Source: a virus
Lineage: Duplodnaviria; Caudoviricetes
Virus record (IMG/VR): IMGVR_UViG_3300014204_000116
Span: 64,001-128,000 of that record
Length of the DNA: 64,000 nt
Direction: 5' to 3' (one strand)
Shown: piece by piece, positions 58,001 through 64,000 of the stretch
How positions within the stretch are numbered: the first letter of the stretch is position 1
Layout: every line of letters begins with the position of its first letter
Notes under the pieces: generated by a model
What the model was told of the DNA's origin: nothing
Seen by the model: only the letters and a program-made list of their open reading frames with translations
Databases searched by the model: none
Position numbers and translations under genes: made by a program

Positions 58001-59313
58001 TAACAAATTTGCTGGATGAAGTCTTAGACCCAGCCGAGTTTGTTCAGTCCTACGCTGTGGCCAAGTACCAGAAGGAGATCGAGACTTGGAACAAAGCTGC
58101 CACCCCGTTGGATTTTATCCACACCCTTAAAGCCCTTAAGGCTCCTAAGGCAGCTTTTGTAGAAATTAGCCTAGCGTGTGCAGAAAAAGTTCTTCCAGAA
58201 TTCGAAGAAAGCTTTCCTAAGGATCTCCGGCCCCGCAAGGCTGTAGAGGCTGTAAAAGCTTGGCTTAAGAACAGAACGGGGGCTAATACCCAAGTAGCTG
58301 CTAATGCTGCTCGGGCTGCCTATGCGGCTGCCCATGCTACTTGGGCTGTTAATAGCACTAAGGCTGCTCGGATTGCTCGGGCTGCTAATGCTGCTGCTCG
58401 GGCTGCTAGTGCTGCTGCCGCTGCTGGTGCTATTAGTTATGACATTTCTGGGGATACTGCTGCGGTTGCTACCTACGCTGTTGAAGCGGGCCTCCCTAGC
58501 CAGCGCGTAATGGATATCATTAAGGAAGTGGGCCATAAATACTTTTCGTTCTTAGGCCAGGGCACCGCGAGAGGGATGGCCGAAGCAATCGTAGCAAATA
58601 TGTTGGGCGAATCGGAGGGAACCGATATTCCATCCCCGGAGGAAGAGCCGCTCATTGCCGACATTTCGCCGGAGGACATTGCGCTAAGGTCTGGTATTTT
58701 GGACCGGTATGTCCAGGTAGGTGGTGACTTTGGAGATCCGTGGGTTTATGGGGGCACTTGGTACAGCGCTTACGTGGCTAAGTCTAAAAGTCGGTGGGAT
58801 TGTATCTACCACATAGACGGCATGGAAGGCGAAGGCTTGTCAGATTATGATGCCGGGAGTAAGGCCGTTAAAAAGGCGTTAGAAGAGCCCCAATATGCTG
58901 CTTTGATAGCAAAACGGGCAGAAGAGCTTTTGCCGGATAGACTCCGTTCTCAGGGCTACGGCAAATATCCCGATGCTGATCCTGCTGAAGAGGCGGACAC
59001 GCTGAAATGGTGCCAGCGAGAAGTATTAGACGATGCGAAGAACGAGATTGCAGATAAACTAGCGGATGAGATGAACAAGAACCGCACACTTGCTGTTTAT
59101 CGTGTATCTGACGATGATTTATTTGACAATAACCCGAAGCGAATTTCTGAAGTTGTGCAGTTCCTGGGCATAACGCTGGAGGAGTGGGAGGAGATGCCTA
59201 CTGTAGATAAGATAGTTGCATACGCTGACAACTACGGTTGGTACAATCTGGATCATGACCCGGTAAGGATGACAAAAGACGATCTGATCGCTAGGATAAA
59301 GGTGGAGTTGTGA
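55009..59313 (+). CDS. Modular polyprotein (1434 aa) with 4 Imm5-like units between unrelated modules
   Basis: Units start at ~56302, 56866, 57433 and 58018; the N-terminal part has GYILPNGSMLDLSGG...DHRQV; GTAGTTA at 54998-55004. Confidence 0.88.
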   Translation: MTTLRTQHVPPDTGQASDTPGTAQGVARALLDSSPELTSAEIGDMAASAGIGKVVAQIADADPPEAADIRSPRNWFITKWDVMYGGQKIGYITRSRDNPLQFRPFTTINPASKSCNFSRLRDALAWVMVHRVKNWAASERLAQHATVEESHTSNESLILVHEAEEIQMSDIWKSANKPQLRKDDKGKDVLHIPHLAAITPDQWEKISGIMRGKGYDSRGAADASRAVQSMLRRAGESGEARVLKHEDWVDTIAKVIGLKASSQELKAGDRAATARKVFARAVKSWGLTNNPDVAGYILPNGSMLDLSGGSGRRAYDHRQVGSFLEPSEQGRGATDCMHEFMDLGAIRWMPEGPGMDIRVPPTKAQYAQIARIKDEAHGQLYLDVYSPNYGKAYRGYGPSHTSQRVVNDIVSFYKTGKLGHMPEVQQFHGMGESEESEFFKSFTSSKYAKEIEFWNIATTPMLLISTLRDLKVPAAAFVEISVALTEEVLPKFEEAYSENLQPRKAIEAAKAWLKDRTAANAEAAETADYAAAVAADHVASYSSSASYVASAASYTARAAHTAHNSQRASYDAYAINAIFYYTAKAGLSATRMVDIIKRVGHQYFAFLPLSKSSKVAEAGETLDPAEFVKSYHADKYGSKIRDWSLVSEPVALLRILESLNAPKSTYVEINIALAEEVLPVFEKKRPKDLRPRKAIEAAKAWFKDRTSANAQIVLDVSQGAWKATNACTSSPEHAAFAIYYATVSVTAETVSPSGAWTAIDAAHYTVADVINAGIPKQRVADIIREVGRSYFGFLPQEGHEKAEEPAVGEALDPSEFVKSYTTAKYQKAIHDWGTATTPGDLNLVLKSLKAPKAAFVEVAIAFAEEVLPMVEKVLPNDLRPRQAIEAAKVWLKDRTEANAQAANEASDEALAASADAATESYTAWNAVQTAARAANMAWVASTDDDAGMVYKYASYINYYTTRAGLSNQRAMDIFREIGGRYFSFLAQSPSEGMAEVIVTNLLDEVLDPAEFVQSYAVAKYQKEIETWNKAATPLDFIHTLKALKAPKAAFVEISLACAEKVLPEFEESFPKDLRPRKAVEAVKAWLKNRTGANTQVAANAARAAYAAAHATWAVNSTKAARIARAANAAARAASAAAAAGAISYDISGDTAAVATYAVEAGLPSQRVMDIIKEVGHKYFSFLGQGTARGMAEAIVANMLGESEGTDIPSPEEEPLIADISPEDIALRSGILDRYVQVGGDFGDPWVYGGTWYSAYVAKSKSRWDCIYHIDGMEGEGLSDYDAGSKAVKKALEEPQYAALIAKRAEELLPDRLRSQGYGKYPDADPAEEADTLKWCQREVLDDAKNEIADKLADEMNKNRTLAVYRVSDDDLFDNNPKRISEVVQFLGITLEEWEEMPTVDKIVAYADNYGWYNLDHDPVRMTKDDLIARIKVEL

Positions 59314-59336
59314 ACAATTTGATGACTGAAAAAATT

Positions 59337-59600
59337 ATGATACACGCGGGACAAGTGGTGAATACACTCCTGGAGCAGGGTGGTGATGCAGAGGTTGAGT
59401 ATGATACTGTCGATGTGGACTCCATGCCACATACGGCCTGGATGGTTCGGGCCATAGGCTCATCGCCTACGCAATACGTAGCCAGGGACGTGGCTCATAC
59501 GCCCGAACTGGCACGCCAGAGGGCGCACGAGAAGGCCCGGTCGTTAGGCATGACAATTACGCGCGAGATAGATCGCTCTAAAAGTTCACCACGCAGTTGA
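59337..59600 (+). CDS. Small putative head protein
   Basis: MIHAGQVVNTLLEQ motif (alternative start 59310). Confidence 0.6.
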   Translation: MIHAGQVVNTLLEQGGDAEVEYDTVDVDSMPHTAWMVRAIGSSPTQYVARDVAHTPELARQRAHEKARSLGMTITREIDRSKSSPRS

Positions 59601-59624
59601 CATCACAATCGGAGGGATTATGCT
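59597..59624 (+). promoter_or_regulatory. Sigma70-type promoter TTGACA-N16-TATGCT
   Basis: ATG 59634 9 nt downstream. Confidence 0.5.
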
Positions 59625-59633
59625 TTTAGGCAT

Positions 59634-60155
59634 ATGAGTTTAGAGAAGTTTATGGACGGTATGCGAGCAGCCGCAACGGTTGCTCTGTGGAGGAAGGAAG
59701 GCTATCGGGTTGCTGCAACAAACGGGTGTTTTGACATACTGCACGCCGGGCACGTAGGATCTCTGGAGTGTGCCAAGAGGCAGGGAGATAGGCTTATTGT
59801 TGGCATCAATACCGATGAATCTGTTCAAAAGCTTAAAGGGCCAACACGCCCAATTAACGCGCTATACGAACGCGTTGTTGTGCTATGCAGCCTGGAGTGT
59901 GTCGATCTAGTAGTGCCAGTGCCGGAGACTGACATGTGCCAATTTCTTGAGATTACACGGCCCGATACCTGGATTAAGTTTGGGTATACCCTCCAAACTT
60001 TAAACCAGGCGGAAGTGGCCATGGCCAATAAGCTTCATATCAAGATTGAAACCGTCCCGATTACGGACGATGTCTCTACAACCAGGATAATTGATAACAT
60101 CCTGGCAGCGCGTAGCGGGGCAAAGCCTCTCCCGCCTCCGAAGTTCTACTCATAG
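59634..60155 (+). CDS. rfaE: RfaE domain II-like (ADP-heptose synthase type) nucleotidyltransferase
   Basis: TNGCFDILHAGHV, GDRLIVGINTDESVQKLKGPTRPIN...ER..VL.SLECVD, STTRII. Confidence 0.88.
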   Translation: MSLEKFMDGMRAAATVALWRKEGYRVAATNGCFDILHAGHVGSLECAKRQGDRLIVGINTDESVQKLKGPTRPINALYERVVVLCSLECVDLVVPVPETDMCQFLEITRPDTWIKFGYTLQTLNQAEVAMANKLHIKIETVPITDDVSTTRIIDNILAARSGAKPLPPPKFYS

Positions 60156-62152
60156 ATGACCGTTAGATCAATGGTCGCGCTGGTGTTAAGAGTTAGCCCA
60201 TTGAAAAACGGTGTGTTGAAATCCAGGCATGTTGGTAATGCCGCCGCCGCACCTGTGTAGGATAGTGCTGCAATTACTGGCCCATTCGCGGTGGTATTAT
60301 CGTAGACTGTTACAGTTGAATTTGTGGGTGATCCACAGATTATTTTGTGCAGTTTACCTGGGCCGATCTTACAGAGAGTGTTTGTTCCTGTGTTGATGTG
60401 CTTGTAAATGGACTCCGATGCCTCTGGCCCAAATCGATTAATTCCCGCTACTCTGACATCCAATTTATTGTTTTGAGAATTGCCACCGATGTTGCACACT
60501 TCCATGCTAACTGGAAGATCGAGGGTGCTCGTTAGTGGAAAATATACAGCGTCAAATTGGTGTATTATCCGATCATCTATGATGAACCAGGTGCGGTAAT
60601 GCGTCCAAAAGATTTCAAAAACGTGAATAGCGCTATCGAGGATATATGTGAGGCCTTGGACGCCGTTAAAATTTCCGCTATTCACCCTGGCAGCGTCTGA
60701 GCCATTTTTACGGCAGACTAGGGTTAAAAGATTTCCATTGAATTCGAAGAAAAATCCGTTATAAGCGTTATAGGCTCCCCGTCGTTTTGTGCAGGTTCCG
60801 TTTGTAGTGGGTACGCACAGCGCAGCTTGATAGGCGTTGGTTGATCCGCTGATGTAGCGAGCATTACGGATACTTGTAACAGCTATCGTTCCATTGGACG
60901 TGTAGTCTGTGGACATCTCTAATTGGCCGTCAAAGCACGAGGCTGTTCCGTTGCCAAGCACGGAAGCAGTCCAGAAATTTGTGTCTAGGGAGGTTTTTGC
61001 GAGGTCTTCGCCTACTAGGCGAGTTGTAAGGGCAGTAAGCGCATTTCCGAGGGGAGAAGTTCTGGCTGAAACGCCGAACGTGGCATTTCCTTCCGTAACG
61101 TAAACTTTAAGCGCGTGTGTCCTATTTTCTAGAGCACGTGGCACGGCTTCCACGACGGGGCATAGCAGGCTGCTTAGCCTAAAATAGGACGTAGATCCGC
61201 TACTGAGTATGGCATCATTTATAACGCGTACTCGAAAGTAAGAGGAGGTCGCTTGTGTGGTTGTGCTATCACCGCCTCCAGCGCTGTAGTAGTTGAATGA
61301 ATCCTGGATGTCCCAATTTACTCCGTCAGGACTCTGATCAATATAGATGGTGCAGTTTTGATCGGTGTTAAGGTTAGTCTGTATTCCAGCAAATCCCGTA
61401 GTTTCTTCGGCTGATCCGACGAATGACCCGTGATAAGCCAGGTTAGCCGTGCTGCTGTTGTTGAAACTTTCGAGCACTAACTGGCTGGAAGAAACGGCCA
61501 ATCTGTACTTGGAATCTATCCCGAGCCGAGTATGCACGGGTTGTCCTTGTGGTGTGCAGATTACCATGTTTGCCAAAGACCCGCCAGACGGGATGTTGGG
61601 CGCGCCAACGATCTGAGTGGCCAAAGGCTGTCCACCAATACCCGAGACGGCTACAGTTCCGTGGACGTCAGTTCCTTGGGCATTAAGGATAGCCGAAAGG
61701 ATGGAGTTGGTTTCTCCAGCCGTAACAATCTGATTGCCTATGGAAGTGAGCTGTCGAGTTCCAGATTCCTGGATAGCCTGGGCATGATCTGCCATGTCCA
61801 GTAGCAGGTAGTTTGCAGCGACCGTGTTGGCATCTACGGAAGCGAGCGTGGTTTGAGACAGCACGTTTCCACTGGCGTCGATGCACTGTGCCATGACTGC
61901 GGTAGTGCTCGCATTTTTAGTAGCGCTGGCGGCTAGAACTCTAGCTTTATCTCCCGTTACTCCGTCAGACAAGTTTACGCTACCAATGGTTATATCCCCA
62001 GGATTCAAGTTGACCGCCACGGAACCGCCGTACATTACCACTGGAATCGGGCGGTCAGCAACGGAATAGACCGCTATAGTGCCACCACTCAGGATAGAAG
62101 CTTCAGAGACTACCCCTGGATCTCTGATAAAAGAAATTGGTACGTTCCCCAT
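60146..62152 (-). CDS. Putative virion structural/receptor-binding protein
   Basis: 668 aa, rich in S/T/N/G, beta-type composition; GTAGTTA 6 nt upstream on the - strand (62159-62165). Confidence 0.7.
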   Translation of the reverse strand: MGNVPISFIRDPGVVSEASILSGGTIAVYSVADRPIPVVMYGGSVAVNLNPGDITIGSVNLSDGVTGDKARVLAASATKNASTTAVMAQCIDASGNVLSQTTLASVDANTVAANYLLLDMADHAQAIQESGTRQLTSIGNQIVTAGETNSILSAILNAQGTDVHGTVAVSGIGGQPLATQIVGAPNIPSGGSLANMVICTPQGQPVHTRLGIDSKYRLAVSSSQLVLESFNNSSTANLAYHGSFVGSAEETTGFAGIQTNLNTDQNCTIYIDQSPDGVNWDIQDSFNYYSAGGGDSTTTQATSSYFRVRVINDAILSSGSTSYFRLSSLLCPVVEAVPRALENRTHALKVYVTEGNATFGVSARTSPLGNALTALTTRLVGEDLAKTSLDTNFWTASVLGNGTASCFDGQLEMSTDYTSNGTIAVTSIRNARYISGSTNAYQAALCVPTTNGTCTKRRGAYNAYNGFFFEFNGNLLTLVCRKNGSDAARVNSGNFNGVQGLTYILDSAIHVFEIFWTHYRTWFIIDDRIIHQFDAVYFPLTSTLDLPVSMEVCNIGGNSQNNKLDVRVAGINRFGPEASESIYKHINTGTNTLCKIGPGKLHKIICGSPTNSTVTVYDNTTANGPVIAALSYTGAAAALPTCLDFNTPFFNGLTLNTSATIDLTVIYE

Positions 62153-62170
62153 ACGGCCTAACTACAGTAC

Positions 62171-62202
62171 AAAAAAGCGGCACCCCATCGGAAGGATGCC
62201 GC
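62171..62202 (-). terminator. Intrinsic terminator
   Basis: On the - strand, GCGGCATCC-loop-GGGTGCCGC followed by TTTTTT, downstream of gene 62226-62516. Confidence 0.8.
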
Positions 62203-62225
62203 TGTCCTCTGGTAGCGAGTAGGAC

Positions 62226-62516
62226 TTACTTCTTGCCGTATTTGACGGGACTAGAAGCTGAGGGCGCTGAGGCTACCTGGCCTTTGGTGGTTTTACCACC
62301 GGCCAGCTTACCACGTTGTTCCTTGCCTTTTTTCATGGCCGACTTAGGCGTGGCACCCGGAGAGGGTTTTCCGACGCATTCCAAGGCAGAGCCAAATTCT
62401 TGTTCTGCAAGTGAATCAATCAGATCCATTGCATGAATTGGGCGAGATTCCAGGGCAGAAGTTTTCGACTCGGCCCGCTGGACCGGTTCGCCGATGAGCT
62501 GTTTTGCGAGTGACAT
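62226..62516 (-). CDS. Small basic putative head protein
   Basis: MSLAKQLIGE..., K-rich C-terminus; GTAATTA on the - strand at 62527-62533. Confidence 0.6.
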   Translation of the reverse strand: MSLAKQLIGEPVQRAESKTSALESRPIHAMDLIDSLAEQEFGSALECVGKPSPGATPKSAMKKGKEQRGKLAGGKTTKGQVASAPSASSPVKYGKK

Positions 62517-62529
62517 ATATGTGTTATAA

Positions 62530-63000
62530 TTACACCTGTGCAAGGCAGGATTTAGTTTCTACCGATGTGGCGGTCCTGCCGTGCTCGCGCAATCGGAGAT
62601 TTAGCTGATTAAACACACGTCGGACGTGTGTCTGATTAAAAGAACCATTTTTGACAAGAAATGTGTAAACGCCAGATTTCATGAGATCCGTAACTTGTTT
62701 ACTCTGTGGGTTTCTTGTTAGAATAACAACGGAGGCGTTCGGGCAGCAGATAGAGATTTGTTTTGCGATGTCCAAGCTCGTGTTATTCCCTGTGATATTG
62801 TCCGCCAGGAATATGAGATCTGCCTTAGCCAAATTTTGTCTACACCTACAGCCTACGCTAGGCTCATAGGTTTGTTCAACGTCGCAGTTGTAGACACTGA
62901 GCGCTTCCCGTATCTGGCTAATCACGTGGGGCTCGATCTCTATGACCGCAACTTTTACAGGACATGCAAGAGCTTCACAAAACCGTGTTAACGAATCCAT
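62530..63000 (-). CDS. Atypical response-regulator receiver (REC) domain protein
   Basis: VAVIEIE / DLIFLAD / VVILT / FLVK follow the REC beta1, beta3, beta4, beta5 pattern. Confidence 0.65.
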   Translation of the reverse strand: MDSLTRFCEALACPVKVAVIEIEPHVISQIREALSVYNCDVEQTYEPSVGCRCRQNLAKADLIFLADNITGNNTSLDIAKQISICCPNASVVILTRNPQSKQVTDLMKSGVYTFLVKNGSFNQTHVRRVFNQLNLRLREHGRTATSVETKSCLAQV

Positions 63001-63002
63001 TA

Positions 63003-63347
63003 CTAAGGCCCTCCCTTAAAGAAATGCTCGACCAGGGTTTTTGCGCCTGCACTTAAGAGGGCGGTAACGACCATTACACCAACAGCGCCCAAGAGCGCCC
63101 ATTTGCCGGATAAAACAGCCTTCCAACTCTCGATTTTTTGGAGGCGGACGTCGATGTCAATTTGTTGTTCGTTAGACTCTATAACTTTGTCTACAACCCA
63201 GTCTGTTTTAAAGTCTAATTTGGACAAAGTCTCTACCAGCCAGCGCTCTTTGTCATCGAGCCTGGCGACGAGATGCGCCGGAATCTTTGAAATAAACTCC
63301 GGTTTTTCTAGCCGATGATATCGTGACTTTGTCTCATCGTTTTCCAT
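63003..63347 (-). CDS. Coiled-coil protein with a C-terminal transmembrane helix (holin-like or lysis-associated candidate)
   Basis: IDIDVRLQKIE followed by WALLGAVGVMVVTALL; GTAGTTA on the - strand at 63355-63361. Confidence 0.55.
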   Translation of the reverse strand: MENDETKSRYHRLEKPEFISKIPAHLVARLDDKERWLVETLSKLDFKTDWVVDKVIESNEQQIDIDVRLQKIESWKAVLSGKWALLGAVGVMVVTALLSAGAKTLVEHFFKGGP

Positions 63348-63381
63348 ACTCCATTAACTACGCAGTTTGGTTCTTAGTAAT

Positions 63382-63780
63382 ATGAAGTTGATACCGTGGC
63401 CAAATTTACGTGCGTGGCTTAGCCTGGATTACTGGGCGTATCGTCGGTTGCGCAGAAGCGCTAGAAAGGCGGGAAAGTCTTATGCAGTCACCGGGCTTAC
63501 CCAGGATGATGCGGCTAAGCTGTCGAGCGCCGTTTCTGACATTGCCCCCGTAGATGAGGACAAGATTTTGGATAGTGTCACTCCGGTGATCTTTCAGCGC
63601 CCATCTTTTCCACCTGGTGCTATTGAAGCTGCGCGTAAAGTCGTGGTCACGCATTTCGAGGGGCTGGAGAAAGACTTGCAGGCTAGAGTGCAGGCCCGGA
63701 TAGACGCCAGGCCGGAACCTGTGGAAGAATCGGCAAAGCGCATCATCGAACGCGCCAGGGCGATGAGGCCGACGAAATAA
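63382..63780 (+). CDS. Hypothetical protein
   Basis: ORF divergent from 63347. Confidence 0.6.
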   Translation: MKLIPWPNLRAWLSLDYWAYRRLRRSARKAGKSYAVTGLTQDDAAKLSSAVSDIAPVDEDKILDSVTPVIFQRPSFPPGAIEAARKVVVTHFEGLEKDLQARVQARIDARPEPVEESAKRIIERARAMRPTK

Positions 63781-63793
63781 TTTATCTTTTTGC

Positions 63794-63822
63794 TTGCATC
63801 CAATTACGAATTCTGACATAAT
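63794..63822 (+). promoter_or_regulatory. Sigma70-type promoter TTGCAT-N17-CATAAT
   Basis: Extended -10 TG; ATG 63829 6 nt downstream. Confidence 0.65.
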
Positions 63823-63828
63823 CCAATT

Positions 63829-64000
63829 ATGATTGAAGTAGGAATTCGTCGAATTGTGTCGCTCTGGACACGGAGAGGAAAGAAGCTTGTGCGAGTTCTG
63901 GGGTTGGATGGCCAGCCCGTCACAGTCGTGAAAAATGCGGTGGTAACCCGTATTACTCGAAATGAGCTCGATGGATCGTTTTGCCGCGACCGGGGCAGAA
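63829..64000 (+). CDS. Hypothetical protein, truncated by the window end
   Basis: MIEVGIRRIVSLW... stays open to the end of the window. Confidence 0.55.
   Translation, partial: MIEVGIRRIVSLWTRRGKKLVRVLGLDGQPVTVVKNAVVTRITRNELDGSFCRDRGR

Noticed and set aside
9728-58536. Many long Ser/Ile-rich - strand ORFs and Leu/Met-rich alternative-frame ORFs over the repeat units (e.g. 13754-14878, 12910-13740, 55972-56814)
   Set aside because: They are shadows of GCT-rich codons (AGC on the reverse strand, CTG in the shifted frame), which suppress stop codons; there is no independent sign of coding.
1-64000. Alternative genetic code (stop-codon recoding, as in some jumbo phages)
   Set aside because: Long ORFs and known enzymes are intact in code 11, and TAA, TAG and TGA all end genes at sensible positions.
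1-64000. tRNA or rRNA genes
   Set aside because: No cloverleaf with a T-loop and acceptor stem was recognised by eye, including at 48264-48545; a tRNAscan run is needed to be sure.

Overview
The window looks like part of a large (jumbo-type) tailed phage genome in genetic code 11. Genes are dense, abut each other and lie mostly on the + strand. Recognisable accessory enzymes include ThyX, a Nudix hydrolase, an N6-adenine-type methyltransferase, a GIY-YIG nuclease, a nucleoside deoxyribosyltransferase-like protein, an RfaE-type nucleotidyltransferase, a GT-A glycosyltransferase, a Cx5R phosphatase and a GMP reductase/IMPDH-like protein lacking its catalytic Cys. Some secreted proteins look Verrucomicrobia-like, hinting at the host. 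The dominant feature is a 33-copy expansion of one ~180-aa helical domain with the Imm5-like signature P-x-D-x-R-P-R-x-A-I-E-A-A-K-A-W. It has a conserved frame and a hypervariable Ala-rich core, and it appears in two formats: 14 tandem single-domain genes (9743-17816) and two polyproteins with 15 units (22685-31648) and 4 units (55009-59313). In the polyproteins the units are joined by Glu-ending linkers resembling prohead-protease sites. The polyproteins and several other genes share an (I/V)-V-x-x-L-(L/I)-x-E motif, an acidic D-P-x-(E/D) module head and a GTA(G/A/T)TTA element just before the start codon. The inferred system is a virion-packaged, protease-processed, diversifying cargo repertoire, duplicated as a separately expressed gene array. 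Sigma70-type promoters mostly sit 6-9 nt before the ATG, implying near-leaderless mRNAs. There is also a candidate structured ncRNA (48264-48545) and an intergenic array phased at 11 bp (5545-5583). All family calls come from motif recognition; no database searches were run.
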